Below, piece by piece: positions 47,479-58,554 of a DNA stretch of 64,000 nt (the stretch's first letter is position 1; the number at the start of each line of letters is the position of its first letter). The notes under the pieces are model-generated. The model worked only from the letters and a program-made list of their open reading frames with translations. It was not told the DNA's origin and searched no databases. The position numbers and the translations under genes are program-made. Source of the DNA: Deinococcaceae bacterium (GTDB lineage: Bacteria > Deinococcota > Deinococci > Deinococcales > Deinococcaceae); contig JAXLXL010000001.1 of NCBI GenBank assembly GCA_046327935.1, forward strand, positions 1,152,386-1,216,385. The letters are read 5' to 3'.

Positions 47479-48380
47479 GTTCGCACCCCCACCCTGAGTT
47501 TTGCACTTCTGGACCTGGGGTTTTCGGCCTGTTCCTCTAACGATGCTTGCAGAGGGCGTTTGTGCATGGACGTCATTTCCAAGTGGTCTCTGAAATAGTG
47601 CTTGACAATCCGGTCTTCCAAGCTGTGAAAGCTGATGACCGCGAGTTTGCCCCCGGGTTTGAGCAGGCGGGTTGCCGCATTTAAGCCATCTTTGAGTGCA
47701 CCCAATTCGTCGTTGACGTAAATTCTGAGCGCCTGAAAGCTACGTCTGGCAGGATGAATTCCTCGAGCGTGACCACCGGGATAAGCCGATTTGATGATCG
47801 CTGCCAATTCGACAGTTGTCTCGATGGGTTGTTTCGTTCGCGCTTCGACAATGGCCCGGGCGATCCTGCGAGAGTGGCGTTCCTCGCCAAATTCAAACAG
47901 AATGGCGGCCAATTCGTCCGCTTCGAGTTCGTTGATCACATTGTGCGCAGACTCGCCTGAACGGGACATGCGCATGTCGAGGGGGGCCGATTCGTGGTAC
48001 GAAAAACCACGCTGAGCATCGTCGAGTTGGAAACTGGAAACGCCAATATCCAACAAAACACCGTCTATGTTGCCCACATGTTCGGGGAGCAAGGCATCCA
48101 TGTCGCGAAAGTTTCCTTCCACAAGGGTTAATCCGGAAAGGTTTTCGGCGCGAACGCGGCCCAGCGCATAGGGATCTTGGTCGATTCCAATCACGGAAAC
48201 GCCTCGCTCGAGCAGCAGTCGGGTATGTCCAGCGCCACCCAGCGTGCCGTCGACAAATTGCTGTTTGGGCTGCGGATCAAAGGCTTCAATAATTTCCTTT
48301 GAGAGCACGGGTTGGTGAATCAGGGTGTCCAAATGGGCCTCGATGGATATGTAGATGGTAGAATACAGGTCCACTGTCAC
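47475..48380 (-). CDS. rsmH: 16S rRNA (cytosine1402-N4)-methyltransferase RsmH (MraW)
   Basis: HQPVL, DGTLGGAGH and SFHSLEDR motifs. Confidence 0.85.
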   Translation of the reverse strand: MTVDLYSTIYISIEAHLDTLIHQPVLSKEIIEAFDPQPKQQFVDGTLGGAGHTRLLLERGVSVIGIDQDPYALGRVRAENLSGLTLVEGNFRDMDALLPEHVGNIDGVLLDIGVSSFQLDDAQRGFSYHESAPLDMRMSRSGESAHNVINELEADELAAILFEFGEERHSRRIARAIVEARTKQPIETTVELAAIIKSAYPGGHARGIHPARRSFQALRIYVNDELGALKDGLNAATRLLKPGGKLAVISFHSLEDRIVKHYFRDHLEMTSMHKRPLQASLEEQAENPRSRSAKLRVGVRT

Positions 48381-48512
48381 CTCGCAATACCCGATCGAAC
48401 AAGCGTCGATGGGGGAAGCCGCGTGGCATGTAAAAATGTACCCTTTAAGATGCTAACACATTTCCATAAGGTTTTGTGAGTGGCACAAGTCTCAAATTTG
48501 CTATAAGATCAC

Positions 48513-51500
48513 TTGTTTGCCACAATAGCCAGGGTGATTGTTCGAGATTTGCACACGTTTTTGCCTGCGGTACCCGTGGGCCATGTGATGGGTTTGCCAC
48601 AAATTGCCCGTCACATGCTGTTTTCTGGTTTTCCAGGAAAGGCCATTTTGCTCACGACACCGGAACGCCTACCGCTTTACAGCCGCACCCACTTGGGTGT
48701 TCAGGTGGGTGTCAATCCCGGATTGGAACAGTGGCCAGACCTTTCAGACAAAGTTGTTTTGGACATTCGGGAAGCCATCGATCTGTTCCCGAAACGCCCG
48801 CAAGATGCCTGTATGGTGCTCGATTTGGGCCAGTCTTACGGTCGACCCTTTCTGAGAGAGCGCCTTGAATCTCTCGGCTACACAGAGACCGACGGATCCG
48901 GTGGGCCAAATGAATTTCATTTCCAAGGCGACACACTGTGGGTTTCACTGCCGGGTTCCACGGTCAGGGCGGAATTTTTTGGCGACGTTTTGGATGCACT
49001 GCGTCAGGAAGGCACCGATCTCTCACGCAAGATCGATCGGGCTGTGATCGTGCCTGCCGAAGGGTATTTGGCTGCCGAACCTTGGAATTCCACTCGGCTA
49101 GAACAACTTTCTGGACGTGTTTTTCTGGATGTCCCCGAGCTCTATTCAGACACCCTGGGTGCGGCCACAGAACTGCTTTGGGCACACTTGAGGGACCGCG
49201 AGGTGACAGCATTTGGAAGGACGCCACTGGGTCTTGGCGATCAAACGGTTGCGATCCAACCTCTGCCTTTTTATCGGGCGCGGCTGAGTGCCTTTGCAAA
49301 AGATGTTTGCGATTGGACCGAACAGGGAAAACACATTCTCTTTTTGGTCCGCCATGCCAAAACCGGCCAGTATCTTGAGGACTATTTTAAATCGCTTGGG
49401 GGTGCACCCAACATCCGGTGGGTCAACCAAGCCCTTGTGGCGTCCCACCAGTTGGGTTTTTTGCTCGGTTGGGGTGAAGGTGGATTTGAGGTTCCCGAAA
49501 CCAAATTGATCGTTTTGACCGAGGACCTGCTGTACGGCTTTCAGGGAGGTTCTGCACTGCGTTCCAAACGCCTGATGGGCCGTCCCGTTACCGACGCTTT
49601 GGGTCTTCAAGTGGGCGACTTTTTGATCCATCCAGAGTACGGCATCGGACAGTTTTTGGGAGTGGAAACCTTGGAGGTTTTGGGCGTTTTTCGAGATTAT
49701 TTGTCACTGCAGTACAAGGGCGACGCGAAAATTCGTTTACCAATAGAGCTCCTTCCGACACTCCGAAGGCACAGTGGCACGACGGACAATCCACCTGCAC
49801 TCTCCGGTTTGGGAAAACAGGAGTGGATCCGGGCCAAGGAAAAAGCCCAACTCAGTGCGGAGTGGTTGGCACAAAAACTCTTGGTTCAGTATGCTGCGCG
49901 AAAAATCACACCCGGTTACAGTTTTTCGCAGCGTTCAGACTGGGACGCCTTGATTGAAAAGCACTTTCCCCACAATCTCACCCGCGACCAAGTGTCGGCA
50001 CTCGCTGAGGTGCAAAAAGACCTCGAGGCCGACTGCCCTATGGATCGGCTCATCGCGGGAGATGTCGGATTCGGGAAAACCGAAGTCGCCGTTCGGGCAG
50101 CCCACCGTGTGGTTGGACACGGAAAACAGGTGGCGGTGCTTGTCCCAACCACACTTTTGGCTGAACAGCATGCCAGCACATTCATGTCTCGATTCAAGGA
50201 CTTGCCTGTTCGCATCGAGAGCTTGTCGAGGTTCACGCCCAGTTCCCAGGAGCCCAAAATCTTAAAGGGCCTCCAAGACGGCACCATTGACATCGTCATT
50301 GGGACGCACCGATTGCTCTCCAAAGATATCCGTTTCAAAGATTTGGGATTGATTGTCGTCGATGAAGAGCACCGCTTTGGGGTTATTCAAAAAGAGCGCT
50401 TGAAGGTTCTCAAGGGTTTTGGCGATTTGGACGTTCCGACACCTGAAGAAACAGACCCGCAAGACACGGTTGTTGCACGCAAACGCACCTCTCAAAAATC
50501 AAAACCGCCGGAAATGGTCAAGCTCAAAGACCAACTCGAGGCCATGCAAAAACAGGCCGTGGATGTGCTTTCGCTCTCTGCGACACCCATTCCAAGGACG
50601 CTTTACATGAGCATGGTGGGGCTGCGAGACATGAGCCAAATTCAGACGCCACCCAGGGGAAGAAAGCCCATTCAGACGGTCTTATCTCCGTTTGATCCTT
50701 CGACTGTCCGAAATGCCATTGTCAGTGAGCTTGAACGCGGCGGAAAGGTGTTTTACATTCACGATCGGATTGCATCGATTGGAAGCCGAAGCATCTATCT
50801 CAGAAGCCTCGTCCCAGAAGCGCGTGTGGGTGTTGTTCACGGCCAAATGGGCGAAGAGGAGATCGAGGAAATCATGCTCGGGTTCGAGGGAGGTGCGTTC
50901 GATGTGCTTTTGTCGACCACCATTGTCGAAACGGGTCTCGACATTCCGGAGGCCAACACCATTTTGATTGAACGTGCGGACCGTCTGGGATTGGCCCAGT
51001 TGTATCAACTTCGGGGTCGTGTGGGTCGAAGAGATGCCGAGGCATATGCCTATTTGTTTTACCCTTCCCGACTCACCGCCAATGCCGCTCGAAGGCTTTG
51101 GGCGATCGCCGATTTGCAAGATTTGGGCAGCGGTCACCGTTTGGCCGAAAAAGACATGGAAATTCGGGGCGTTGGAAACCTTTTGGGCAATGAACAGCAC
51201 GGACAAATCCAAGCGGTGTCGGTCGAGATTTACACCGAACTGTTGGCGGAAGCGGTGATGAAACTGAAAGGGGAGACGCCCACGCGTCCCATTTTGGTCA
51301 GCATCGATTTGCCTGTGAGTGCGCGCTTGAGCACCGACTATTTTGGCGACGAATCGGAGCGCATTGCCGCGTATGGCGCACTTTCTGAAGTGGTCAGCCT
51401 TTCAGCGCTCAGCCGTTTTGAACGCGACATGCGAAAGCGTTATGGAACACCTCCAACCGAGGTTCAGAATTTCATCGATTTGGCCAAACTGCGCATTGTG

Positions 51501-51719
51501 GCAGCCAGCAAACGTGTCGTGTCCATCAAAGACGGCCTCACGGAAATCGAAGTGGCGTTTGCCTACACGGCTTTGGATTACGATGCCGCGACCCTCAAGC
51601 AGTTTCCCCACAAGGTCACGCTGCAGCAGTTTCCACCGTCGTTTCGGTTGAGCAAAAAAGGACTTCAACCCGAAGCGTATCCACAGGTGTTGATGGACGT
51701 TCTTCGTGCGTTTGGGTGA
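48513..51719 (+). CDS. mfd: Transcription-repair coupling factor Mfd
   Basis: Superfamily-2 helicase motifs: [16 protein letters not shown] and [15 protein letters not shown] motif region. 1068 aa. Confidence 0.85.
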   Translation: MFATIARVIVRDLHTFLPAVPVGHVMGLPQIARHMLFSGFPGKAILLTTPERLPLYSRTHLGVQVGVNPGLEQWPDLSDKVVLDIREAIDLFPKRPQDACMVLDLGQSYGRPFLRERLESLGYTETDGSGGPNEFHFQGDTLWVSLPGSTVRAEFFGDVLDALRQEGTDLSRKIDRAVIVPAEGYLAAEPWNSTRLEQLSGRVFLDVPELYSDTLGAATELLWAHLRDREVTAFGRTPLGLGDQTVAIQPLPFYRARLSAFAKDVCDWTEQGKHILFLVRHAKTGQYLEDYFKSLGGAPNIRWVNQALVASHQLGFLLGWGEGGFEVPETKLIVLTEDLLYGFQGGSALRSKRLMGRPVTDALGLQVGDFLIHPEYGIGQFLGVETLEVLGVFRDYLSLQYKGDAKIRLPIELLPTLRRHSGTTDNPPALSGLGKQEWIRAKEKAQLSAEWLAQKLLVQYAARKITPGYSFSQRSDWDALIEKHFPHNLTRDQVSALAEVQKDLEADCPMDRLIAGDVGFGKTEVAVRAAHRVVGHGKQVAVLVPTTLLAEQHASTFMSRFKDLPVRIESLSRFTPSSQEPKILKGLQDGTIDIVIGTHRLLSKDIRFKDLGLIVVDEEHRFGVIQKERLKVLKGFGDLDVPTPEETDPQDTVVARKRTSQKSKPPEMVKLKDQLEAMQKQAVDVLSLSATPIPRTLYMSMVGLRDMSQIQTPPRGRKPIQTVLSPFDPSTVRNAIVSELERGGKVFYIHDRIASIGSRSIYLRSLVPEARVGVVHGQMGEEEIEEIMLGFEGGAFDVLLSTTIVETGLDIPEANTILIERADRLGLAQLYQLRGRVGRRDAEAYAYLFYPSRLTANAARRLWAIADLQDLGSGHRLAEKDMEIRGVGNLLGNEQHGQIQAVSVEIYTELLAEAVMKLKGETPTRPILVSIDLPVSARLSTDYFGDESERIAAYGALSEVVSLSALSRFERDMRKRYGTPPTEVQNFIDLAKLRIVAASKRVVSIKDGLTEIEVAFAYTALDYDAATLKQFPHKVTLQQFPPSFRLSKKGLQPEAYPQVLMDVLRAFG

Positions 51720-51726
51720 TGGTTTC

Positions 51727-52260
51727 TCAGGTTTCGATGGAGGTGATAAACGAGAGGTTTCGGTCAAACTGAGACCGGTCGAGGCCATATCCGTAGACAA
51801 AGGCATCTGGAATGGTAAACCCAAGGTAATCGATTGGCACTTCAATTTTCCTTCGGCTGGGCTTGCTGAGCAGTGCGGCAACCTTGAGTGAGGCGGGCAT
51901 GCGGCCCTGCAAATAACCCAAGAGGTAGTGCATGGTGATGCCCGTGTCCACGATGTCTTCAACCAAGATGATGTGCCGGTCGGCCAAGGGGTAACTCAGG
52001 TCCTTGGTCAATCGGACTTCGCCACTGGACGTCTTGCTGCTTCCGTAGCTGGAAACGGCCAAAAAGTCAACGCTGACAGGAAGGTCGAGTGCCCGAACCA
52101 AATCGGCGTGAAAAAGCCAAGCGCCGTTTAAAACGCAAATCAAGTGTGGGGAAAGACCTGCATAATCTCGATTGATCTGTTCGCCCAGTTCGGCAATTCT
52201 GTTTTGAACGTGTTCTTTGGTGATCTGGATACTGCCATTTCCAGGGAGATGAATGGTCAT
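51727..52260 (-). CDS. hpt: Hypoxanthine phosphoribosyltransferase
   Basis: PRPP-binding motif IILVEDIVDTGITM. The internal ATG at 52260 is preferred. Confidence 0.85.
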   Translation of the reverse strand: MTIHLPGNGSIQITKEHVQNRIAELGEQINRDYAGLSPHLICVLNGAWLFHADLVRALDLPVSVDFLAVSSYGSSKTSSGEVRLTKDLSYPLADRHIILVEDIVDTGITMHYLLGYLQGRMPASLKVAALLSKPSRRKIEVPIDYLGFTIPDAFVYGYGLDRSQFDRNLSFITSIET

Positions 52261-52280
52261 GGGTCCAAGATTAGCACGTC

Positions 52281-52994
52281 TCAACCCGAGGCGCACACCT
52301 CAAAGGGAAGCAAAAACGGCTTAAAATTCAGGGCATCTGCAGCCACAAAGTACAGGGGAATGCCTTCCCAGTGACTGATGAGACGCTCACCTGAAACCCC
52401 GTGCAAATGGCCATAAACGACACACTTCGGCTCAAACTCTTCGATCAGGTCTGTGAATCCAGTCCGTCGACCATTCATGGCTGTGGGCGGGTAATGGAGC
52501 AGCAGGACGTCTTGAGGTGCGCCCAGACGTTTCGCAGCCTCTAGGCTCAACCGAAGGCGTTGGATCTCACGTTTGTAGATTTTGTCATCCTCGAGACTGA
52601 ACCCTTCGGAATCTGGACAACTCCAACCCCTTGAGCCGCAAAAGGTCGTGTCGTGGAATCGGAGGGCGTCATTTTGCAGCGCGAACATGTTGGGTGGCAG
52701 TGCTTGCCTCAATTTTCCGATGCTGGACCACCAATAATCGTGGTTTCCCCGCAAGATGATCTTTTGTCCTGGAAGGGCTGCAATATCGAGAAGATCCGGC
52801 AGCGCCTCTTCCAAGTGGGTTGCCCAGGAAATGTCTCCAGGAATGAGCACAATGTCATCTGAAGCAATATCTGCCTCCAGCCACCGGTCAAAGAACACCT
52901 GTGGGTGTCCGAGCCAATTTCTCCCAAAAATATCCATAGGTTTTGGGTTGACACGGGACAGGTGGGCATCGGCGATGGCAAAGATTCTTGACAT
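52281..52994 (-). CDS. Metallophosphoesterase (calcineurin-like)
   Basis: IADAH, GDIS and GNHD motifs. Confidence 0.7.
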   Translation of the reverse strand: MSRIFAIADAHLSRVNPKPMDIFGRNWLGHPQVFFDRWLEADIASDDIVLIPGDISWATHLEEALPDLLDIAALPGQKIILRGNHDYWWSSIGKLRQALPPNMFALQNDALRFHDTTFCGSRGWSCPDSEGFSLEDDKIYKREIQRLRLSLEAAKRLGAPQDVLLLHYPPTAMNGRRTGFTDLIEEFEPKCVVYGHLHGVSGERLISHWEGIPLYFVAADALNFKPFLLPFEVCASG

Positions 52995-53049
52995 GAGGTT
53001 TAACCAAAGAAAATCTGAGGAGCGGTATCCTCAGTTGCAAAGTGAAGTT

Positions 53050-53126
<77 letters not shown>

Positions 53127-53152
53127 AGCTGGCCTTCCAGCCGGGATTTATG

Positions 53153-53632
53153 TTACTGATCTTCTGCGTCAGAGTCAAGGTTCATCCACCGCTGAAGTGC
53201 TGTGCGAATATCGCGAGCAGAAAAGCCTCGGCGTGCCAAAAATCCGTAGGCGCGGTTGTAACCTTTGGGTCCTGCAGAGGACCAACGGTGCCCGTATTTT
53301 TGAATCAGTTCCTGCAGTTCCAGGAGCTCTTGTTCTCGGTCCCACTGCGTCCAAGCCTGCTGTTGTGCGTCCACCGAAAGTCCGCGCTGTTCGAGGGTCA
53401 ACTGTTTGCGGTGGTGTCCGATGCCACGGCGGGTGACGATCTGTTCTGCGACAGAGGTGTCGTCAAGCCATTTTTTGCTCAGGAGATCGTTCAAGATGGC
53501 ATTTACAGACGTTGCGTCACAGCCGTCTTTTTTCGCTTTTTGCTCTAGTTTGGATCTCAACTCAGATTCCGTATAGGCGCGTGCAGCCAAGAGCCGATAG
53601 GCGTACAGCCGGAGTGTTTGTGTGGAATCCAT
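53153..53632 (-). CDS. recX: Regulatory protein RecX
   Basis: Three-helix-repeat RecX family: [23 protein letters not shown]... Confidence 0.7.
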   Translation of the reverse strand: MDSTQTLRLYAYRLLAARAYTESELRSKLEQKAKKDGCDATSVNAILNDLLSKKWLDDTSVAEQIVTRRGIGHHRKQLTLEQRGLSVDAQQQAWTQWDREQELLELQELIQKYGHRWSSAGPKGYNRAYGFLARRGFSARDIRTALQRWMNLDSDAEDQ

Positions 53633-53635
53633 GTG

Positions 53636-53830
53636 TCAACCGACAAAATTCCACAGTGGGAGCTGTGGATTGATGGGGGTTCGGTTCATCTTGAGCAAGG
53701 TGTCAAACGACGACGTTCCAGGGAGCCATCCCCGTTCGCATGTGGGACACCACAGGGCTGGATCGCCCCAATGGGTCCACTCTCGCATCAACGGCAGATC
53801 TCTACAATTCAGGCATTTCAGGTGTTCCAT
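53636..53830 (-). CDS. Small zinc-ribbon protein
   Basis: 64 aa with CLNC...CPTC. Confidence 0.35.
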   Translation of the reverse strand: MEHLKCLNCRDLPLMREWTHWGDPALWCPTCERGWLPGTSSFDTLLKMNRTPINPQLPLWNFVG

Positions 53831-54030
53831 AACAGCTGCACACTAGCAAATCCAGCGTCTGAAGGTGTCGGCTTGATGGGAATGAGCGGCAAGAGGTAGG
53901 GAATGAGGATGAGGAGGATCAAAAGGTAAGCTATAAAAACAACAGTCCAGTCGATGTGCTTCTCGGGAATGGGTTTGTCCAGCCACGGTTCGTCTTCATG
54001 TTCATGGAAATGTTGAGGAATCGCTTTCAT
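53818..54030 (-). CDS. Small single-pass membrane protein
   Basis: 70 aa with one strong TM helix. Confidence 0.35.
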   Translation of the reverse strand: MKAIPQHFHEHEDEPWLDKPIPEKHIDWTVVFIAYLLILLILIPYLLPLIPIKPTPSDAGFASVQLLWNT

Positions 54031-54106
54031 GATCTATATAATACACCAATATAAAAAATTTACCACTAGCTGCCTGCGCGACCGGTGGTAAACAAGGCGT
54101 GTCGTT

Positions 54107-55165
54107 TTACTTGGACTTTTTGCCTGTTGCCATTTCCCAGACGCTGTAATCCACCGCAGAAGGGCTTGGGTTGGATTTCAGAATGCCCAGGTCTTTAAGC
54201 AATTTGACGGAGTCTTGGTACGCTTTTGGATCGAGCAGTCCGGCTTTGCCCTTCAGTGTGGATCCAGCATTGTAGAGTTTGGCCACCTCATTCATTTGCC
54301 ACGTTTGGTGGGCTTTTGCGTCTGATCGGTTTCCTGAGCCTTTGCAGGTGTTTCCGCAAACCGGAAGAACCATTTGGACGGCCTCAGCCTGGTGTTTGAC
54401 GGCATAATCCCAGCCTTTAATGGAGGCCCGGATCAGCTTGGCAGCGACTTCTTTTCCGGTCAGTCCGGACCCGCCAAAGTTTTTGTCACTCAGAACTTTT
54501 TCGGATGTAAACATGAGATCTTCGAGCAAATTGACGCCATAATCGGCGGCCTTGAACACCTTGAGCTTGTCTGCGCTGTAGCCCAACCCCATGATCTGGT
54601 CCAACTCGTTGTAGGTCATGGCCGAGACCAGATCGACCTTGTCGGGGAAGACCAAAGCAGGGTCGAATGGGTAGGTGATGGCTTGCACATCGGGCTTGCT
54701 GGCGGTTGCGTCCAGTGAACTGGAATAACCGTATTTTTTGAGCATGGCCACAGCGGGATACTCGTTTCCGGAGGGCCAAACGCCAATGCGTTTGCCTTTG
54801 AAATCTTTGGGTGTCTTGAGTGAGCTGGATTTGAGGCTCACCAACGTAAAGCCGCTTTTTTGGAAAATCTGGGCAATGTGCACAACAGGCAAACCATTTT
54901 GCCGGGCGGTCAAGAGATCGGTGATCCAAGTCGTCCCAAAATCTGCGGCTCCAGTGACCACCGTTTGGATGGGACTTTGGTCGCCGATGGGCAACAGCGT
55001 GACATCCAAACCCTCTTCCTTAAAGAAGCCTTTTTCTTTCGCGACAAAAAACCCTGCAAACTGGGCTTGGGGAAACCATTTCAGCTGCAGTTTCACGGGA
55101 ATGGATTTTTGGGCTTGAGCTCCAGAAAAAGCAAGTGCAAGTACAACCAGGACAGTTTTTTTCAT
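54107..55165 (-). CDS. ABC transporter substrate-binding protein, NMT1/THI5-like (SsuA/TauA family)
   Basis: Signal peptide MKKTVLVVLALAFSGAQA and AGGAGA RBS. KLQLKWFPQAQFAGF motif. Confidence 0.7.
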   Translation of the reverse strand: MKKTVLVVLALAFSGAQAQKSIPVKLQLKWFPQAQFAGFFVAKEKGFFKEEGLDVTLLPIGDQSPIQTVVTGAADFGTTWITDLLTARQNGLPVVHIAQIFQKSGFTLVSLKSSSLKTPKDFKGKRIGVWPSGNEYPAVAMLKKYGYSSSLDATASKPDVQAITYPFDPALVFPDKVDLVSAMTYNELDQIMGLGYSADKLKVFKAADYGVNLLEDLMFTSEKVLSDKNFGGSGLTGKEVAAKLIRASIKGWDYAVKHQAEAVQMVLPVCGNTCKGSGNRSDAKAHQTWQMNEVAKLYNAGSTLKGKAGLLDPKAYQDSVKLLKDLGILKSNPSPSAVDYSVWEMATGKKSK

Positions 55166-55365
55166 GTGTTCTCCTATGGAATCCCAGTGGGTGGGATGCA
55201 TAACGGCAAGTATACGTGATCTCTTGTTAAATTCAGCTGAGGTGTCCCTATATACAGGCCTCATGTTTGGCCGCTAAACTGGAGGCGCGTCCATACCTCA
55301 AAGCTTTTTTGGCTTTCGTTTGGACCTTTTTGCGTTTACAAAACAAATAGGGCGCACGAAAGGAC

Positions 55366-56688
55366 ATGATTTTGAACCCTGATCCAAACCTCTCTTTGGG
55401 AGAATACCACGCTCCTCTGACCGATCACGAAGCTCGGATTGAATCCAATCGCTGTCTGTATTGCTATGACGCACCGTGCATTCAGGCCTGTCCCACGCAT
55501 ATCGACATTCCCAGTTTTATCAAGAAGATCTCGACTGGAAATGTACGTGGCAGTGCCCGCGTGATCCTGGAAAGCAACTTTTTGGGTGGAACCTGTGCCC
55601 GCGTCTGTCCTGTACAGGAGTTGTGTGAAGGTGCTTGCGTTTTGGGCAGTGAGCACAAACCGATCGAGATCGGTCGTCTGCAGCGGTACGCAACAGACCA
55701 CGTCGCTCAAAAGGGAATAGATCTGTTTGAAGCGGCGTCTCCCACGGGTTTTAAAGTCGCTGTCGTGGGTTCGGGTCCAGCGGGACTCTCTTGTGCGGCA
55801 GAGTTGGCCAAGCTGGGTCACGCGGTCACCCTATTTGAGAAGCGGGCCTTGGCTGGTGGACTCTCTACGTACGGAATCATTGTGCTGCGCGAGCCCGTAG
55901 AGGTTGCGCTCGAAGAAGTGCGTGCGGTTGAGCGCTTGGGCGTAGCGGTCAAAACCAATGTGGAAGTCGGCCGCGACATCGCATTCAAAGACCTTCAAGA
56001 CGGATACGACGCCATTTTCCTGGCTGTTGGCTTGGGGGGCGTGCCCAGTATGGACATTCCCAATGAGGCACACATCTTGAGTGGTCTTGAGTACATCGAA
56101 ACCAGCAAATTGGATCCGGCCGCTCTACCCAAAGGCAAAAATGTTGTGGTGATCGGTGCGGGCAACACGGCCATCGATGCCGCAACCGTGGCCAAACGGT
56201 GGGGCGCTGAGCGCGTCGTGATGGTGTACAGAAGGACAGAGGCCGAAATGACGGCCTATCCCTTTGAGTACCAATTCGCCAAGCAGGAAGGCATTGAATA
56301 CCGTTTCCTGACCCAACCGGTCGGTGTGGTGGTCGAGCAGGGGAATGTCACAGGACTCGAGTGTGTGCGCATGGCCTTGGGATCCCCGGATGCCAGCGGG
56401 CGCCCTTCGCCAATACCTGTGGAAAACAGCGAGTTTGTTATTGCCGCAGACCTCGTCATCAAGGCCATTGGTCAAGAAAAACCTTCTTTGGCTGCGCATT
56501 TGGGACTCAAAACAGACAAGGGCTACATTGCCGTCGACGGTGATTTCAAGACCAGTCTCGAAAATGTGTATGCAGGTGGAGATTGTATCCGCGCCCGTGG
56601 TGATGCCTCAACGGTGATGGGCGTCCAAGATGGAAAGTTGGCAGCCCGTGCGATCCACAAGCGGCTGTTGGCGATAATTAAGAATTGA
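55366..56688 (+). CDS. preT: NAD-dependent dihydropyrimidine dehydrogenase subunit PreT (GltD-like)
   Basis: N-terminal Cys cluster CLYCYDAPCIQACP. Dinucleotide folds VAVVGSGPAG and VVVIGAGNTA. Confidence 0.8.
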   Translation: MILNPDPNLSLGEYHAPLTDHEARIESNRCLYCYDAPCIQACPTHIDIPSFIKKISTGNVRGSARVILESNFLGGTCARVCPVQELCEGACVLGSEHKPIEIGRLQRYATDHVAQKGIDLFEAASPTGFKVAVVGSGPAGLSCAAELAKLGHAVTLFEKRALAGGLSTYGIIVLREPVEVALEEVRAVERLGVAVKTNVEVGRDIAFKDLQDGYDAIFLAVGLGGVPSMDIPNEAHILSGLEYIETSKLDPAALPKGKNVVVIGAGNTAIDAATVAKRWGAERVVMVYRRTEAEMTAYPFEYQFAKQEGIEYRFLTQPVGVVVEQGNVTGLECVRMALGSPDASGRPSPIPVENSEFVIAADLVIKAIGQEKPSLAAHLGLKTDKGYIAVDGDFKTSLENVYAGGDCIRARGDASTVMGVQDGKLAARAIHKRLLAIIKN

Positions 56689-56713
56689 CAACTATCAGAA
56701 AATGGAGTGAACC

Positions 56714-58090
56714 ATGGCAGATTTAAGCATTGATTTTGCAGGGATTCGATCCCCCAATCCTTTTTGGTTGGCGTCAGCGCCTCCGACCAACAGCGCAAAG
56801 CAGATTCACCGGGCCTTTGAGTACGGCTGGGGTGGGGCCGTTTGGAAAACCATTGGCGCGCCAGTTTTGAACGTGTCCAATCGATATGGCGGGTACAGCT
56901 ATGCTGGACAGCGTTTGGTTGCCATCAACAATGTCGAATTGATTTCGGATCGACCGCTCGAGGTCAACCTCAGGGAAATCGCTGAAGTGAAAAAAATGTG
57001 GCCTGATCGGGCTGTGATTGTCTCAGCGATGGTTGAATCCAAACGGGAAGCCTGGCATGAGATCATTTCCAGAATCCATGACACGGGCGCCGATGGAATC
57101 GAACTCAACTACGGCTGTCCACACGGGATGTCCGAGCGAGGCATGGGAAGCGCGGTGGGTCAAGTTCCCGAATATTGCCAAATGATCACCGAATGGGTGA
57201 TGGAAGTCGCCCAATTGCCCGTCATTGTCAAACTGACGCCAAATGTGGCCGATGTTTCTCCCAGTGCGAGGGCGGCAGCACTTGCCAACGCCGACGCAAT
57301 CAGTTTGATCAACACCATCAATTCGATCATGGGTGTCGATTTGGACAATTTGCACACCGTACCCAGCATTGGCGGAAAGGGAAGCCACGGCGGTTACGCA
57401 GGTCCAGCTGTAAAGCCCATCGCGCTCAACATGCTCTCGGCGGCTGCTTCGGTTCCCGAAATCCAGGGCCGCAACATGCCCATTTCTGGGATGGGCGGCA
57501 TTTCGACTTGGCGTGATGCCGCGGAGTTTCTCCTTTTGGGTGCGACCAGTCTTCAGGTTTGCACGGCCGTGATGCACTACGGCTACCGGATCATTGAGGA
57601 TCTCTGCGACGGCTTATCCAATTGGCTTGATGACAAAGGTTATGCCTCGGTCATGGACGTTGTGGGACTGAGCTTGCCTCGGATCAGCCGCTACGAAGAT
57701 TTTGATTTGGGTTTCAAAGCCGTGGCCAAAATCAATGCGGATAAATGCATTCAATGTAATTTGTGTTATGTGGCCTGCAATGACACCACCCATCAATGCA
57801 TTGATTTGCACGCCCCAGATGGATCGATTGTGCTCCCAGGCTACGATGAGCGCATCAACGGTCGCGGGGTTGCAGACACACGGGCCACACCTCAAGTTCG
57901 AGAAGAAGATTGTGTCGGTTGTGCCCTCTGCTACAACGTTTGTCCTGTAGACGGTTGCATCGAAATGGTTGAAATCCCGTCCGGACAGGACCACACCACA
58001 TGGAAGCAGCTCACCCAACAGCGGCCCGAAATTATGGATTGGGACGGCATGGAAAAGTATAGAGAAGAAAAGGGTATTGTCATTCACTGA
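56714..58090 (+). CDS. preA: NAD-dependent dihydropyrimidine dehydrogenase subunit PreA (DHOD-like plus 2x[4Fe-4S])
   Basis: TIM-barrel DHOD-like domain (NYGCPHGM) plus C-terminal CIQCNLCYVAC and CVGCALCYNVCP ferredoxin motifs. Confidence 0.85.
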   Translation: MADLSIDFAGIRSPNPFWLASAPPTNSAKQIHRAFEYGWGGAVWKTIGAPVLNVSNRYGGYSYAGQRLVAINNVELISDRPLEVNLREIAEVKKMWPDRAVIVSAMVESKREAWHEIISRIHDTGADGIELNYGCPHGMSERGMGSAVGQVPEYCQMITEWVMEVAQLPVIVKLTPNVADVSPSARAAALANADAISLINTINSIMGVDLDNLHTVPSIGGKGSHGGYAGPAVKPIALNMLSAAASVPEIQGRNMPISGMGGISTWRDAAEFLLLGATSLQVCTAVMHYGYRIIEDLCDGLSNWLDDKGYASVMDVVGLSLPRISRYEDFDLGFKAVAKINADKCIQCNLCYVACNDTTHQCIDLHAPDGSIVLPGYDERINGRGVADTRATPQVREEDCVGCALCYNVCPVDGCIEMVEIPSGQDHTTWKQLTQQRPEIMDWDGMEKYREEKGIVIH

Positions 58091-58554
58091 TCCACACAAG
58101 AAAAACGGTTTTACCGGAGATTTGACAAGGGGCACAGGAGCATCTAAACGCGGCATCGGTTTTGTGGGTTGAAACCGTCGCTTTGGGTTCTCCTGTTTTA
58201 AATGGCGTTCGGATTGCTGGATTGGTGCACAACACTTCATCTTTTTACCCCACTTACGCATCTTTTAAGAATGCATTTCTGTTGCCTTTCATAGATCAAT
58301 CCTCAATGGCTGGGTGATCCCAAAGATACATTAAACTCAGAATGGATCTTCATTTTTCACGAGATTGAGGGTTGATTTACATTCTTCAGGCAAAAAAAGT
58401 AGAAAGGTGTTATGCGTGGCGTCTGTCCAACCCACCACATGGAACTTTTGTGTACAGAAAGCAGTCTATTTTCACAACCCCCCAAAGGGTGGTATTTTCC
58501 AATGAAGCCTTGATGAATAATTAATTGTAGGTCTCCCTTGACCTAGAGGTCCAT

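Noticed and set aside
48480-48500. TGGCAC motif as a sigma-54 promoter
   Set aside because: The -12 GC element is not at the required spacing (TGGCAC-N5-TTGC not satisfied).
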